Shown here piece by piece: positions 1 to 14,200 of a DNA stretch of 64,000 nucleotides; positions within the stretch are counted from its first letter, which is position 1; each line of letters opens with the position of its first letter. The position numbers and the translations under genes were made by a program. The DNA comes from Mytilus trossulus (lineage: Eukaryota), in assembly GCF_036588685.1 (NCBI RefSeq), contig NC_086386.1:47554001-47618000 (forward strand), in the 5' to 3' direction. A model generated the notes under the pieces. That model was not told the origin of the DNA. It saw only the letters and a list, made by a program, of their open reading frames with translations, and made no database searches.

Positions 1-588
1 ATTGTTCTTTAATAAGCTAAAAAAAACTACTATGAATAATGAAGGTTATGATGGGAAAGTGATTGAAAAGATTTTTCTACTAACATGAGATGCAAAGATA
101 TAAGAAAGCAACTTTGTTTTTAAGGAAATCTAATATATATCTTATAATAAATTTCATAATATATGCTCATAATTCATCTCAAGATCGATTTAATTGTTAA
201 CAATTCAGTCTAATGCATAACTGGTAGTTAAATGCGGAAAAAAAACATAGAAAGGGTATTCCAAAATGTAATTACTAATCTTAATTCTACTCTTTACGGT
301 TTATGCCTCAGACAAAAAACTTGTGAAACCACTGCTGTAAATATCTTAATAAAAATGGTATCGGTTCGTAAGTTAAAAGAGTCTTGCGTGGTTAATATAT
401 AAAAAGATTTATTCATTCACATTTGGTCAGACTGCGCTTGCTTAACTCAACCTGAGATGTTATTCTTCCATATTGTATGAAGTAACATACATATAAACGA
501 CCGTTTCACAAATACGTTCTAACCAATATGGCTATTTAAAACGGCATTATATCCGATTGCTTTGAGTTCGTACGTAAAGGTATCATCT

Positions 589-1104
589 TTGGTTAGCTTA
601 CTTGCTTGCTGAATCATTATTAGGTAAGGTAATTTAAACATATTTATTTATAGCGAATTGGGAAACAAGTTTTGCAACTTATATTAATCCCTTTCCACTT
701 TGCGGGTGCGAATGCTGCCTTGTAGCGTCATTAGCCTACTCTTTACGAAATCTACAAAGGTGTCTTTAACGTGCAAGAGATATGACTGTCTCTCAACACG
801 GGTAAGCCATTTATCTTCCCCTTCCGACGGACTATCATTGTTTCCTTAAGACCATACTCGCAAATGGTGTCAAGGGAGAACCGAAAATTGAGTTCCTGAA
901 ATTTTCATCTCGAACGGGAATCGAACCAGGAACCTTTGTGTTAGTAGTCTGATGCACTAACCACTACACCACGGCTAGGTAAGGTAAACGACCCTAATCC
1001 GACAGTCGTTTTGTCTGTAGGACTAGTCTACTTCAAAACGAGGATAGTTTACCTTATCTCAGCAATAATGACTTCACGGTTCAGCTAGTAAGCAAGCTAA
1101 CCAA
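589..1104. mobile_element. Foldback/MITE interrupted by the SINE
   Basis: ttggttagcttacttgcttgctgaa (589-613) is an imperfect inverted repeat of ttcagctagtaagcaagctaaccaa (1080-1104). The inner taaggtaaac / gtttacctta also pair. Confidence 0.65.
633..975 (-). mobile_element. tRNA-derived SINE with Meta-like and Deu/Nin-like domains (BivaMD-like)
   Basis: Minus strand shows A box TGGTGTAGTGG, B box GGTTCGATTCC, central conserved-domain-like sequence and a LINE-like tail. TSD taggtaaggtaa at 621-632 and 976-987. Confidence 0.88.
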
Positions 1105-2252
1105 CTATTCAACCTTTAAATTAAACATTCAATGGAATATGCTGTAATCGTATAGAGTTGAATGCAATGATTGGACGATCCCAAAATTGATATGCGGCTA
1201 TGATGAAAAGGTAGAGTGCAAACGCAAAATTTGACAGCATAAAGCAAGATTTCATAAGCTAATGATAGGGATATTGTACAAAACACTTACGTTGTCATGC
1301 TCTCCAGACTATTTGACAGACAGAAAATAAATTTATGTGATAATAGTATTGATAGTAAGTATTTTCTCATGTAAAAATCCTGCAGTAGAAATATAGAAAA
1401 TAGGAATCTTTTGTTTGTTATTTGTTATTCTCGTGCGATTTTGTCTGATGCTTGGTCCGTTTCTGTGTGTGTTACATTTTAGTGTTGTGTCTTTGTTCTC
1501 TTATATTTAATGCGTTTCCCTCTGTTTTAATTTGTTACCCCGATTTTGTTTTTTGTTCATGGATTTATGAGTTTTTTAAACATGCAGCGGTATACTACTG
1601 TTGCCTTTATTTATTGCCCATTAATTTTGTCATGATTTCTACTTGATACATGTAGCACCTTTTGGCCTTTTGACATTAAGTGATATTTAAAATTCAGAGT
1701 TCTATTTATGTTTTTGACTCTCTATTCAAACCAGACGAAAAAATAATAATAGTATGTTTCCAAATGTCACGGAATAACCATTTTTGATAGACTTCATTAT
1801 ATTTAGAAATTGTCAATCGTAATCCTGCCTATGTAACATCGAAATCGTAGGAATTATAAGGTTCGTTAATTTCAGTTTATTCTTCAAAATATCTAAATAA
1901 AAAACGTATTATGCCGCGCTAAAATAACCTCAAATGCAGTAAAATGCGTCACGTCTTGATGTTCAATTTGCTTGTAATATAATTGCTTATTTACATGTAC
2001 TCTATGCTCAAAATAACAGATTGCACATATAGTAGAAAACATTTGTTATTAGACGAACATTTAGGGGATGACCATTTGATAAACTAGAGTAGGAAAAGAC
2101 AGCGTCTTATGCAAGATCATTTATTTTTCAGCTCTTCCCAGACTTGGATATTCAATTTCAAAATCCTCCATGTCTCCCAGAATATCAAATGGTAGTCCCC
2201 TGTGAACAACAAAAAAAAAACATGCAACATTTTACGACTCTTTTTCTTCTTA

Positions 2253-2483
<231 letters not shown>

Positions 2484-4640
2484 CTAAAAATTATTTACAG
2501 AACTTTATTGCTAGCTAGAATCGTTACTACATGAACTTTCATGTAATAGGTTATAACCTAATGATATTGATTGTTCATGTAAAAATTCTGAACCGAATAT
2601 GTTTCGTGTTTAGATAATAAAGGAGGCTTTTCTTCTCTCTCGTAGGTTGGCTTCGTTGAAAACTGGGATACTTAATCTTCATCATGGACAATGTAACAGT
2701 ACAGTTTTGTAATAAACAAGTATCTATGTAAAAAACCCTCTTTTACGGTAAATAAAAATATTTTGGTTATTCCTATCGTTTGGATGTTGATTCAAAGATG
2801 TGTATCCAAATCAACCTTTATTATGTACGGCTTCAACTTCAAGTTTATATGTTGTTCAGTTGTAATCTATATGATTTGATTTTTTAACCTAAAAGGACGC
2901 AAAGACTTTTCAATACACTTTAAGGATTTAAAGGTATTGTTTTACCTTATTATGTATGAAATTTCTTTTGTTCACATTATTCAGGAAACAATGAGAATAA
3001 TACACTGATAAGAACTTTAATACCGGGTCGGTAACGAACACCATGTTTTACCTCATAATAGCAATACACAATGAAATAATAATGGTAATTGCTTCCTTAT
3101 ACTTAACAGCAATCCCATTTAGAGTAATACAATGCTTTGCTTTATAAGTTGTATTTTTATTGGTATTAAAGCAATGAGAGTACAAAAACATTTTGTTTAG
3201 TTTATTTAATGCTTCTATACAAGTATAAGTTAATCTGACACTAGAGGTATTTACTAACCAGTCTAAAGGTTTATATAAATCATTAAATATAAATACACTT
3301 CAGCAGTTTATTATCTTTTTAGTGGTTCATAATAGCAATTGCTTTTATTAATTCATTAAATCATAGCCTAATCGATGTTAGAGCTATTTCCCTAAAGAAC
3401 TATAATGTTAATTATGGATTTATTTTTAAATTTTTGCCTCAATTTTAGATAATGCCTAGAATTTGACATAAGCAGTCATCCAAGTATCAGAGTCTATGAC
3501 ACAAAATATCGTTTTAATTTTAAAATTCTACCCCCCCCCCCCCCCCCAATCTTATTAGCAATATACAAACTTCACCTAAATATGGTTTATACATTCCAAA
3601 CTCATTTGGTATTCAAAAGCTTGCAGCTGCTACTCAGTCTTTATAAAAGTTCAAGTGTTTGGGCAGAAAGTTACTTTTTTCTATCAGAAGACCATTTATC
3701 AACATATAGTTGTTCCGCCTAACAGAGTTTCCGATGGACACTTTGTTATAAGCTGACTAAACTATCTGTTCCTTGTGGAAAAAATATTCTATAACCTTTA
3801 TTCCTCAAGGAACGTACACTGTTATATTTTTGTGATTATAATAATATTACATAATGTTGTTTTCTCCACTTGAAACTTATGTTACCAAGGATTTTAATTT
3901 CATGACATTTTATTGTCTTATTTGCATATAAGATATGTGTTCTTTTATTTGTCTTTATATGTCTTTATATATCTTTAACCGTTACTGTTTAGTTCATTGT
4001 TGGGGATATTCCATGGCGTGGCTCGGTATTTATACATTCCGCAATATTGTTAATGTGCTATGATATTTTTTGTAGTCTCGTCTTTCCATTCGTTTGACGT
4101 GTTTGAGCTTATGATTTTGTCATTTGATAAACAACTTTCCGATTTAATTTACTTTGAAATACTGTAGTTTTGCTAGTTAATTTTAGTTTATTATGATAGT
4201 TTATAGAGTGTCTTTATACCGTTTTGGTTTTTTTATGTTGTGTTGACATAGTTGTTTATTTTTATAGTGATTAAGATTATAACACAATGCTGACTGCTGT
4301 GCTCCAATTTTCAACATGTTTGTCTATTATGTCTGTTTGTTTGCTCAGACACTATTGTATGTGGAATATAATTTAATGCGACTGTCATACAAGTGAGAGG
4401 TTTAGCTAGCTATAAAACCAGTTTTAATTCACAACTGAATAGGTTATGCCAGTTGTTTTCTATTCGTTCTTATGTGTTTGAGCCTCTGATTTTACCATTT
4501 GATATTAAATGGATAAAGGACTTGTCTTTTCGATGCATCCTTGGAGTTCATTATTTTGTCATTCTTTTTTAATAATAGTTGTGTTTTAAACAAAAAAAAA
4601 TTATAACAAATTTAAGATTGTGGATAGTTTTCTTTCTTAC

Positions 4641-4836
4641 CTCAATATTCTGATACGAGTTGGACATCATAGCTATAAGCATATTGATTAGCATTATAAT
4701 GGCCATAAAATGGTACGCCATAAATAGTATCATGCCTATCATTGATGTGAAAGACTGTCCATTTGGTATTTTTATATCTTTCAGGGTAACCAGACCAAAC
4801 AGCGACCAATACAATGTTACATAACTTTCTCCTAAC
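4641..4836 (-). CDS. TRPC: TRPC channel coding exon 4 (pore helix, filter, S6)
   Basis: Acceptor ttgtag|; SLGESYVTLYWSLFGLV...LINMLIAMMSNSYQNIE. Donor GAG|GTAAG, phase 0. Confidence 0.95.
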
Positions 4837-5457
4837 CTACAAGGACAAAAAGATAATATACAAAATCAATATAAGTTATTGGATGTCTCTTTGAGTCCAG
4901 TGCAAATAACAAAACATGAACTCATAATAACAAATTTTAAATCAAATGAAATTACAAGTCTTTTTTTCAAGCAAAATGAATTAAAAACTAACACTTCCAT
5001 GTGTAAATCTTTATGGATCAGTAAATCACATATATCTGTTAAACTGAAACTAGCGACGTCGTTTTTAAGTGTTTAAAAGAATATTGCTAAGTTATAATAC
5101 AGCAATATATACATCCTTATGAAAAAGTAAATGAGTTTTTCAACAAAACTATTGAATCACGGAATGAATCGAACAAGCGGCGTAATATACCAAATAGAGC
5201 ATACAAATTTTCTGTTGAAGTCCGTACGATAACCAATAGTTGATAATTTCTTCGTCATTTGGACTCTGGTAGAGAGTTGAATCAGGCATTGGCAATCATA
5301 CAACATCTTTTTTTCATAATGTTAAATTAATACATATCATATTTTCTATGATAAATATTAATGTGTTATTATCACAGAACCAGTGCACCACATGTTGGGA
5401 ATGTGTGTGTTACAACTCTTAAAAGAATTGAACTGCATTGTGTTTCCCTTATATTAT

Positions 5458-5669
5458 TGAGGGAGGGTAGGAGGGTCCTGATCCCGAAATCCCGAGCTTA
5501 ATCCCGAGCTAAAAAACACGAAATCCCGAAATCCCGAGCTTAAAAACACGAAATCCCGAGGTCCCGAAAATCGAAAAAAGAATTCCCGGATCCCGAAAAG
5601 GTCAATCCCGAAATCCCGAGCTTAAAAACACCCCATCTGGAGTCCCGATAAAGGTCCTATCCCCCCTCA
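5458..5669. mobile_element. MITE with internal (atcccg..) tandem repeats
   Basis: tgagggagggtagga ... tcctatcccccctca inverted ends, with multiple aatcccga units inside. Confidence 0.65.
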
Positions 5670-6297
5670 TTTTTGTTGAACCGCTGATGGTGAACTATAT
5701 GTCAAACATGGACCATAAGTCTAGTAACCAGAATTAAGTAACTAGCATGATTTTTGATGAAACATTTTGTAATTTAACTTCAGGTTCATAAAGTATTTAA
5801 TTTATCTTATTTCCATGACTTCCTTCGCATGCTTTTTTGATTAATGGATATATGAAGATATGGTGTGTGTGCCAATGAGACAACTCTCCATCCAAATAAC
5901 AATTTATAAAAGTAAACCATTATAGGTCAATGCACGGCCTTCAACACGGAACCTTGGCTCACACCGACCAACAAGCTATAAAGGGCTCCAAAATTTAAAT
6001 TGGCCGGCTTAGTACAGATTTCTGTTCCATCACAGATCCCTCTGTGTACATGATATCTTTTAAACGATCTAACGCTTATCCATTCTATTTCGTGTATCTG
6101 AAACTAATGTTGCAAAGCTCTAAGGTGAAGTCGATCTTGTTTCTCGCAGTAAATTGTTTACCTCTAATAGAAATAATTACTTTATAAAAGAAGAATGCAA
6201 AACATGTTATGTTTTGTTGACCGGTCTTGTGCCTTCTTAGATGTTCATAAGTTAAATAGTGAATGAGGAGCTTCCTCAATAGCATTGATTCACTTAC

Positions 6298-6745
6298 GAG
6301 TAAAATGAGTCTGCTGTCGTAGGAGTTCTACTTCCGCTGTAGTAGTAATACAGTTGGTTTAAACCACATGCAAAGGATGTTAACACGAGAAAAAATATAA
6401 ACAAAAACTTGACGATGTCAATAAGCATGCATCCTAGAGAGATCTGTAATGGTCCTAAATGTTGATTTGCTTGGAACAAATAGATAATACGAGAAAAACT
6501 GAATGCGTTGGCAATAGCAAATAGTCCTTCAGCGATTAATGTCGGGTCCATTGTCGGCCAATCTTTTCTTGGAATTTGCCTTTGACCGAACTGGCTAGAT
6601 TCTATCTGCATATAAGCAACAAAACGAAGAGAAAATGTTGCTAGGTATAAAGATAACATGATAAAGTCCATCAGATTCCACCATTGTCTTATATAAGCCT
6701 TCAAACCTTCTTCCCATAACTGTTTACACTCCGCCCAAACGAAAC
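6298..6745 (-). CDS. TRPC: TRPC channel coding exon 3 (S2-S5)
   Basis: Acceptor tgcag|; [28 protein letters not shown]...[33 protein letters not shown]. Donor TC|GTAAGT, phase 2. Confidence 0.95.
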
Positions 6746-8333
6746 CTGCAGAACAGAAGTACAGAATCGATTAATAAAATGCCTGGTCCAAGTCAGAGAT
6801 ATGACAGGTGTTTCCCATTAGTTTTATGTGTTTAAGCTTTAGATTTTCCCCATTTGATAAGGGATTTTCTAATTTGAATTTTTCTTGAAGTTCTTTATTT
6901 CTGTTATTTTACTTTTTACATGTCTAGTTGAGGCCATGTTGGTTACCCTAATAGATGTAATTGAAATATATTTGACTCTACTTCTGAGTTGCAAGCAATA
7001 TTTGTGGGGCAAAACTGTTTTATCGCACTAACCAACCAATCCCTAATCCACTTAAACAATTGACAACTATCTTTAGCTTGTTATTTCATTGTTATTTAGA
7101 ATGCAAGACGTGTAAACATAACAATAATGAATATCAAGGCAAGTATAATATTAACAAATCTATATAGCTAAGGAAATGAACTTGTAATATGCTTTTGATT
7201 AACTATTTTGATAACGTTTTTGACGTTTGTGTTTGCAAATTAAAAATCAACCCTGTAACCATTTCTAGCCTTCAACTGTTTGGCATTTCAAAGCTTATTG
7301 ACTAAAGGAAGCAATTTAAAGGATTGAAATAGACTGGAAGAAATGTGAGTTTCAATTGTGTTTAAATCACACAAAACAAACAAATCAAAACGGAACGAAC
7401 CAAACAATTAAAGAGTTATAGAGTACAGACAGCAAACATATGTTCCATAAACAGATTTAAATGTATGACTTGAAGTTGACATTTAAGCTGACGTCATTAC
7501 ATGCATATCGATTTCGTACTTAAATAATTATGCATTTATAGACAAAGACATATTTATACGTTAAACGTGTCAACATAGTGTGCGGCTAACCACGCTCTGT
7601 AATATGATGACCTTGGTGATGAAAAAGTCCTAAACAACAAATTAATGAATTCAGTTATTTTAAAGCTTTTTTATGTACTTCTTAGCTTAGTCGTAATTCA
7701 TCAAAAGCATTCGCAGAAAAAATATAACGATCACGATTTTAATATAAGATCATTCAACTTTCATTTCTAAAAACTTGTTTAGGTCATACACCAAATCAAA
7801 ATTGTCTTTATAATTCAGTATGCATGGTCTTTGAAAAAATCTTTTCTTCTATTTTTAATTTTAATTAAACGATAATTTAAGTTCAAAAGTAGTTCCTGCT
7901 CTCGGCAGATGACCAAAAATATTCTGAATCCAGATTTCCCCATATCTTATAGTGTTAAAAATAAAAAAAAAAAAACACTATTAAAAAAGGAAATCCTAAC
8001 TCAGACAAGAGCGCCATAAACCCCCCTTAGTTGGTTGCTCCCTAGTATGCTTGTTTCTGTGAAAATGTTCCACTGATTAATATTTACTGATTTAATTTGT
8101 ACTAAGGGGATTTAATGCTATGTGGTTTAAGCTTTTGGGATGTTTCCCATTTTACAGATTTTAATTAAAACACAAAAGGACCTTGTGATGATTACTTTCT
8201 ACAGGTTGTGTTGCATTATTATGTGTAAGTAGTAATGTCTAACTTATTATTTGCTTACTGTCATAACCTTGACTTTTATGTATCGGAAGAACTTAAGAAT
8301 TAGTATAGACGAAACTTCCATAAAGTATCTTAC

Positions 8334-8676
8334 CACAAACCCAGAAAATAATCAACCATTCCAACTGTGATGGAGGAGGTCCACGTTGCTGGTCACGAGT
8401 GGGCGTATTACCTATATCGGTAGTCACTAGAACTAGAAGCAAAAGAAACACTACAAACGAGGCACTATGGTAGAGGAATTTCATGAATGGACTACGTAAT
8501 AACTGTCCTATCTTGCTGCGCGGAAAGATTAGGTAATACACGGCTGTAAATGGTACTATCAATATTAAACCAATACACAGTAGAAATTTCGTCGGACCAT
8601 TCCTCTTTCTCCATCCTGGTAAACCTTCATACCATATTGATGTCAAGAGCTGTTGACAGTTTGGATGGGCTACAAA
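8334..8676 (-). CDS. TRPC: TRPC channel coding exon 2 (pre-S1, S1, start of S2)
   Basis: Acceptor ttcag| then FVAHPNCQQLLTSIWYEGLPGWR, the canonical continuation of ..EQKQ. Includes PFMKFLYHSASF. Donor TG|GTAAG, phase 1. Confidence 0.95.
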
Positions 8677-9771
8677 CTGAAATGAATAATATAGAATTTA
8701 AAATGTTTGCTGTATCATGTATAATTTACAATCGGTGATGCAGTAACTATTTATTCTCCCAGAATATTTTTTTGTTTTTTTTTGAAGAGTTGTTTTCCTT
8801 TTATAGTTGATGTGTTTCTATCGGTTTTGGTTTTTGATCTGGATTTGTTTTCGCTAAACAAGGACCACCGGTAGAATTAATGAACAATTTTGGGTAGTTT
8901 CTTAACGTTGAGTTTAAAATTACAAAGAAAAAAAAGTTTTTTTTTCTCTAGTGCCTTGATATGCGCATGTTATGTTTTAATTTGATCATTTTCGTTTGTG
9001 GTTGTTTAGTGTGCTACAGCGCACATGAATTATGTTATAACAGACTGATATAGACAGCTTCCTCCTATAAGATGTAAAAAAGTTTATGTTTAGATTTTAA
9101 CAGCTTTTTTCCATAGTTTTTCCTACATAAGTAAATGCCTGTACCACATCAGGCATATAACAGTTGTTTTTCCATTCGTTTGATGTGTTTTAGCTTTTGA
9201 TTTTAGCTTTGATTACGGACTTTCCGTTTTGAATTGTCCTCGGGATTCGGTATTTTTGTTAAAATATGATTTTGCATATGCGATGTATGACTGTTGAACA
9301 GCGGTATACTACTGCTGTCCTTATAAATGAAAATGCGATAACTGATCATATCAACATATGATACATCCTTTCAACAGTATCAAATTGTCAACTAGTGCTG
9401 TTGAGTATAAACATCTGAGTGAATTAATAGTTTTTTCAAGGAATTCATTAGTTGTGGAGCAAGTACGTAATTGAGTAATATTGTTTAAAAAAAAAATCGA
9501 AAAATTGAACCATTATCAATTTCGAAATGAACATATACATGTGATTATAAAATATTCTAACAACAACAATACATTGAATATCACAATTATAATAAAATTA
9601 TAATCCTGGTATTTTTGATAACTATTTACGATCACTGATATCACGATCAAGTTGATGAGAAAATACATTGAAGTTAAATGTTACAATTCTTAAATGTACA
9701 TGCTATTCTTATATCGCAATAGTTCCCTGTAGTACATTAGATCTACAGTTAATTTTTTTTCATTTTTCTTT

Positions 9772-10100
9772 ACATCACTGGGTAAATACCTCTGCTGGTG
9801 GACTATCAGTCCCCGAGGGTATCATCAGTTCAGTTGTCAGTACTTCGGTACTGACATGATGTAACATACTTTTCTAAAATTGTCCGTTTATAAATTATTA
9901 AGAAACTAAGGTTTCAACTCCCTCAGGCAAAGTTGACTTGAGATGAATTTGGCTATCAAATTCAGATATTTTTGTCATAAAGCTCTTCAACGGTTTCGGT
10001 GGATTTCAAATGTTTGGATTTGAGAATTCCTGATGAAGGTAAATCCAGAAAAGTGCTTCGGAGGCATTGAAATTATAAAACGTGGTGTTTTCAATTTTTT
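9772..10100 (+). ncRNA. Second retrozyme family copy, degenerate hammerhead at 10024-10065
   Basis: CTGATGA aggtaaatcca GAAA agtgct TC^ ggaggc. The body shares ccccgagggtatca and acttcggt blocks with the 355-nt family. Confidence 0.7.
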
Positions 10101-11209
10101 AATGTCATTCGAAATTGATAGAATATTTCTATATGACATAAAGTTCTTCAATTGAATGCTTTTTTTACATTTAATATATTCGGGTTTCAAATGCAAAACA
10201 CTAAAACATTTTACCAGAAATATTAATATTTATAACAAACGTCTAATTTGGAATTCAGACAGAACATTTTTATCGTATCAAATTTTCTATTTCAAATAAT
10301 AGTTTAAAAATGCAGAAGCATAATTTTCCCGTTGACCATTCTTGTAGCTAAATGTTTGTCTCTAAAAAATTGGCACATGCACTTTTTAATTTAATATCTT
10401 TATTTTCATGAAACTTAGCTTTTAAGATGACAATAATAAATATCTTTAAGACCTTGAGGTTTTAGATGATCTATAAAACACAATCTTATGTCGAAGACAA
10501 ACATCTTTTGACTGTAACTTTTTTTTTTATTAAATTACCATCATCAACAAGTAAGAGAAAAACAAAATATTCTTTGAAATTCATTGTATACTCTTATCCT
10601 TAGTTACATCAAGATCAAATATCGAGAATTTCACTGTTGCTAAGTTTTCAATATCAAATCATATTAAAGAAAAGATTGCATTGACAATGGCTCAGAAATA
10701 TTAATCAATTATACTGATGGATCAGTCATTTGGTATTGTCAACATAGTCTAATATCAAACGATAATATAGATACGGATGTAGTTTAGTTTCTTCTTCTAT
10801 CTAATGATTGAATAAATAATCACATGCAACTCGTTCGTTCTCTATACAACAAACGTTAGTAGAAGCATCTTAAAATTAGTTATTAAGATACATTGCTTGT
10901 ATGCTGTCTACCTATAAAACTAAATGAAGAGTAAAATGGAGAATGAAAATGGGCAATGTGTTTAGTTTAAACATATTTTATTTGCTCAAAGCGAAAAAGG
11001 ATCAGACACAAGTAAAACATACTTATAAAGTCTTCTCCACAATACAATATATACAACAATACAAATTGAACATGAGCATGCATCATATAATATAAACAAC
11101 ATACATATTACTTATCTATACTGAAAAAAGTAAAGGGAATGAGAAAAGAACGACAGAGATTAAGTTGATGATGATAATGATGATGATGTGCGTTTTACCT
11201 ATGTTGATA

Positions 11210-14200
11210 CTATACTACGAGGAATCGTTTTGATCTCTTTATAAAATTGAATACTTGTTTAAGAATTTGCACATTTTGATCATAGGAAAGAGTTTCTTTT
11301 CCAAAAACCAGTAGTGTTAAGTCCAAATCGCAGCCTTCGGGAAGCCAGCTGAGACCATTAAACAGAATAGCCCTTTCATTTAAATAGAAAGGACAATCGA
11401 AGAAAAAATGGTGCATGTCCTCAATATCCAAACCACATTTACATGTTGGATCAGATATAATGTTAGCTCTAAACAAGTCACAATTCAAGAACGATGCCGA
11501 ACATCTAAATTGGGTTAATATTATGTTCAATTTTCTTGGACCATATAAATAATGTTTTAAAATAGATTGATTCTCATTTCGAATTTCGTAGTTTTTTAAT
11601 TCTACTTTGAATTTTGATAACGAGTCTACATTTCGAACTGATATGTTCAAATTATTCCAAAGTTTAATTGTTGATGGGATAAAGGATTGGGAAGTCAGTG
11701 TCAGCCTGCAAAATGGTAAAATGATATCTTGTCCATTTCGCAAGGGATATTGTGTTGTACATTGAATTTTAGGGGGCACAAGGTTACATAAATATTCAGG
11801 GGCATTATTATTCTGAATTTTATAAAATAATTGTAGTTTTCTTCTCTTTCTTCGTTCCTCTAAAGTTTCCCAACCAACCTCTTTTAAGACAGTCTCAGAG
11901 TGTGTGTAAACAGGCAAACCTGTTACAATTCGTGCAGCTTCAAGTTGTAGCTGTTCTAATTTAATTGAATAACCTTTTCCGCAATTGTCCCATACTTCAG
12001 TTGCATATTCAAAAATTGGTCTAATAAATACTAGATATAATTTTTCCAAATTTTGTCGGCTAAGTTGATATTTGAGTTTTCGCAATATATTCAGATGTTT
12101 TTTAACACTATTTAATATGTTTTCAACATGGTTGTTCCATTTTGCGTCACTTCTAAATGTAACCCCTAGATGCTTATGAGATCGCACAATTGGTATTTTT
12201 TTGTTGTTCATAGTAAAATTAGGGTTTTTTATCTCATTATTTGAGAACATCATAATTTCTGTTTTTTCAGGATTAAAAGACATAAGCCACTTTCTTGACC
12301 ATTCATCCAGCTGTCTTAGGTCACGACTAACAACTGACTGTATAAGTTCCTCGTCATGACCCGAGTAGCTGAACGAAGTGTCATCTGCAAATAGTCTGCA
12401 TAAAGAAGTTAACTGTTCAGCAATATCGTTAATATATATAATAAACAATAAAGGACCAAGAACGGATCCTTGGGGTACACCAGCTGAAACATTGCAAAAA
12501 GTAGAGGATGATTCATTAATGATAACCTTTTGTTTTCTTTGGTATAGGTAGCTAGTGAACCAATTTAAAAGATTTCCCTCAATGCCATATGCTTTCATTT
12601 TATGTAGTAAGCCAATATGCCAAACTTTGTCAAAAGCCTTTGAAAAATCACAAAAAACAAAACAGCAAATTTCTTTTGTTTCTAGTGCATTTAAGATACA
12701 ATCATAGATTTCTATTAATTGATGCACTGTTGAATGTTTTGGCAAAAAACCTGATTGGTATTCATAAATTAGTTTGTTATTAAATAGATGATTATATACA
12801 TGTTTAAACACAACTCGTTCCATAACTTTCCCCACGCAACTAATTAAAGATATTGGTCTGTAATTAGATGGCAAAGAAGAGTCCCCCTTTTTGAAAATAG
12901 CTATTACATTTGCAATTTTCCAGCTGGTTGGATATATACATTGACTTAGGGACTTGTTGAATATAATTTGAAGAGGTATTGCAACTTTATCTGGACAGAT
13001 CTTGAGCATCCTGTGGCTAATCACATCTGGTCCCGAGGCTTTATTTGGATCAAGAATATTAATCATATCTATAATTTCTTGAATAGTGACATGTATGTCA
13101 CAAATTTTATTGTTAGATTTAGTTTCAAATTGTGGTAAGTTGATATTTTCTTCATTTAATTTGGAGATTAAATTAAAATACTTGTTCAAAAGCTCACATT
13201 TTTCTTCATCTTTATATGCTATTTCGTCTATTTTTTCGGTATTTATAATATTTTGGAGTGGGGGGATGTTATTTGATCCATTGTTAGATTTGATTAACAT
13301 TTTCATAATTTTCCAATAAGTTTTTGTATTCGATACATTATTTAGAATGATGTGGTCTAAATTACTTTCAAATTTTTCTTTAGCAACTTTTTTCATATTA
13401 TTGACCCTATTCCTCTGTCGCTTGTACTTCAAAATATCAGATTGTATTTTAGATTTAAAAGCCTTTTTTCGTAATCGATCTCTAGTGCGTAATTCTCTCC
13501 TAAGCTCACTATTGAACCATGGTTTGTCGTTTTTTCGTATAGTTACTTGTTTAGTAGGTATGCACTCCCTTGCAATGTTCAGAAAAGTTACAGTAAATAT
13601 TTCACATAATTCATTAACATCCTTGTCATCGGGAAGAATGGCATGCCAATCTGTTTCATTCATAATTTTCAAAAATTTATCTTTATCCATCTTATCATAT
13701 ATCCACACTTCTCTTTTGAAAGTACGTGACACTGATGACGGACACTCAAGAAATATTACTGCTGCATTGTGATCACTAATATTTGAGGGAATATCTAAAA
13801 CATCTGATAGATAATATGACATACAGTCACTTATTATAATGGGATCTAAGAGTGTACTACTTTTATCAGTAACTCTTGTTGCTTTATCAATTACATTTCT
13901 TAGATTGAACAAGTCCATAGTGTCAATAAGTTTATTATTATTGACATTAAAGAGATCAGAATTTAGATCACCAGTAATCACTATATTTTCGTTTAATTGA
14001 AAGGCAGTTTCTATTGCATGATTTAATCGTGCCCAGAAGTCAGTGTCCGCATTCGGTGGACGATATGAGTGACAAAGAAGGAAGTTTTGACCTTTGGCTC
14101 GTATTTCAACCCAAAGTGTTTCATCAAATGGATTTTCTAGTTCGCTTTTTCGGACGATACCGATATCATCTTTCACATAAATCATTAATCCACCACCAAA

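Noticed and set aside
900-975. tRNA gene on the minus strand
   Set aside because: It has A and B boxes but is the head of a TSD-flanked SINE and lacks a proper acceptor stem.
3531-3547. C17 run as a functional G-quadruplex
   Set aside because: Isolated homopolymer, common in such genomes, with no supporting context.
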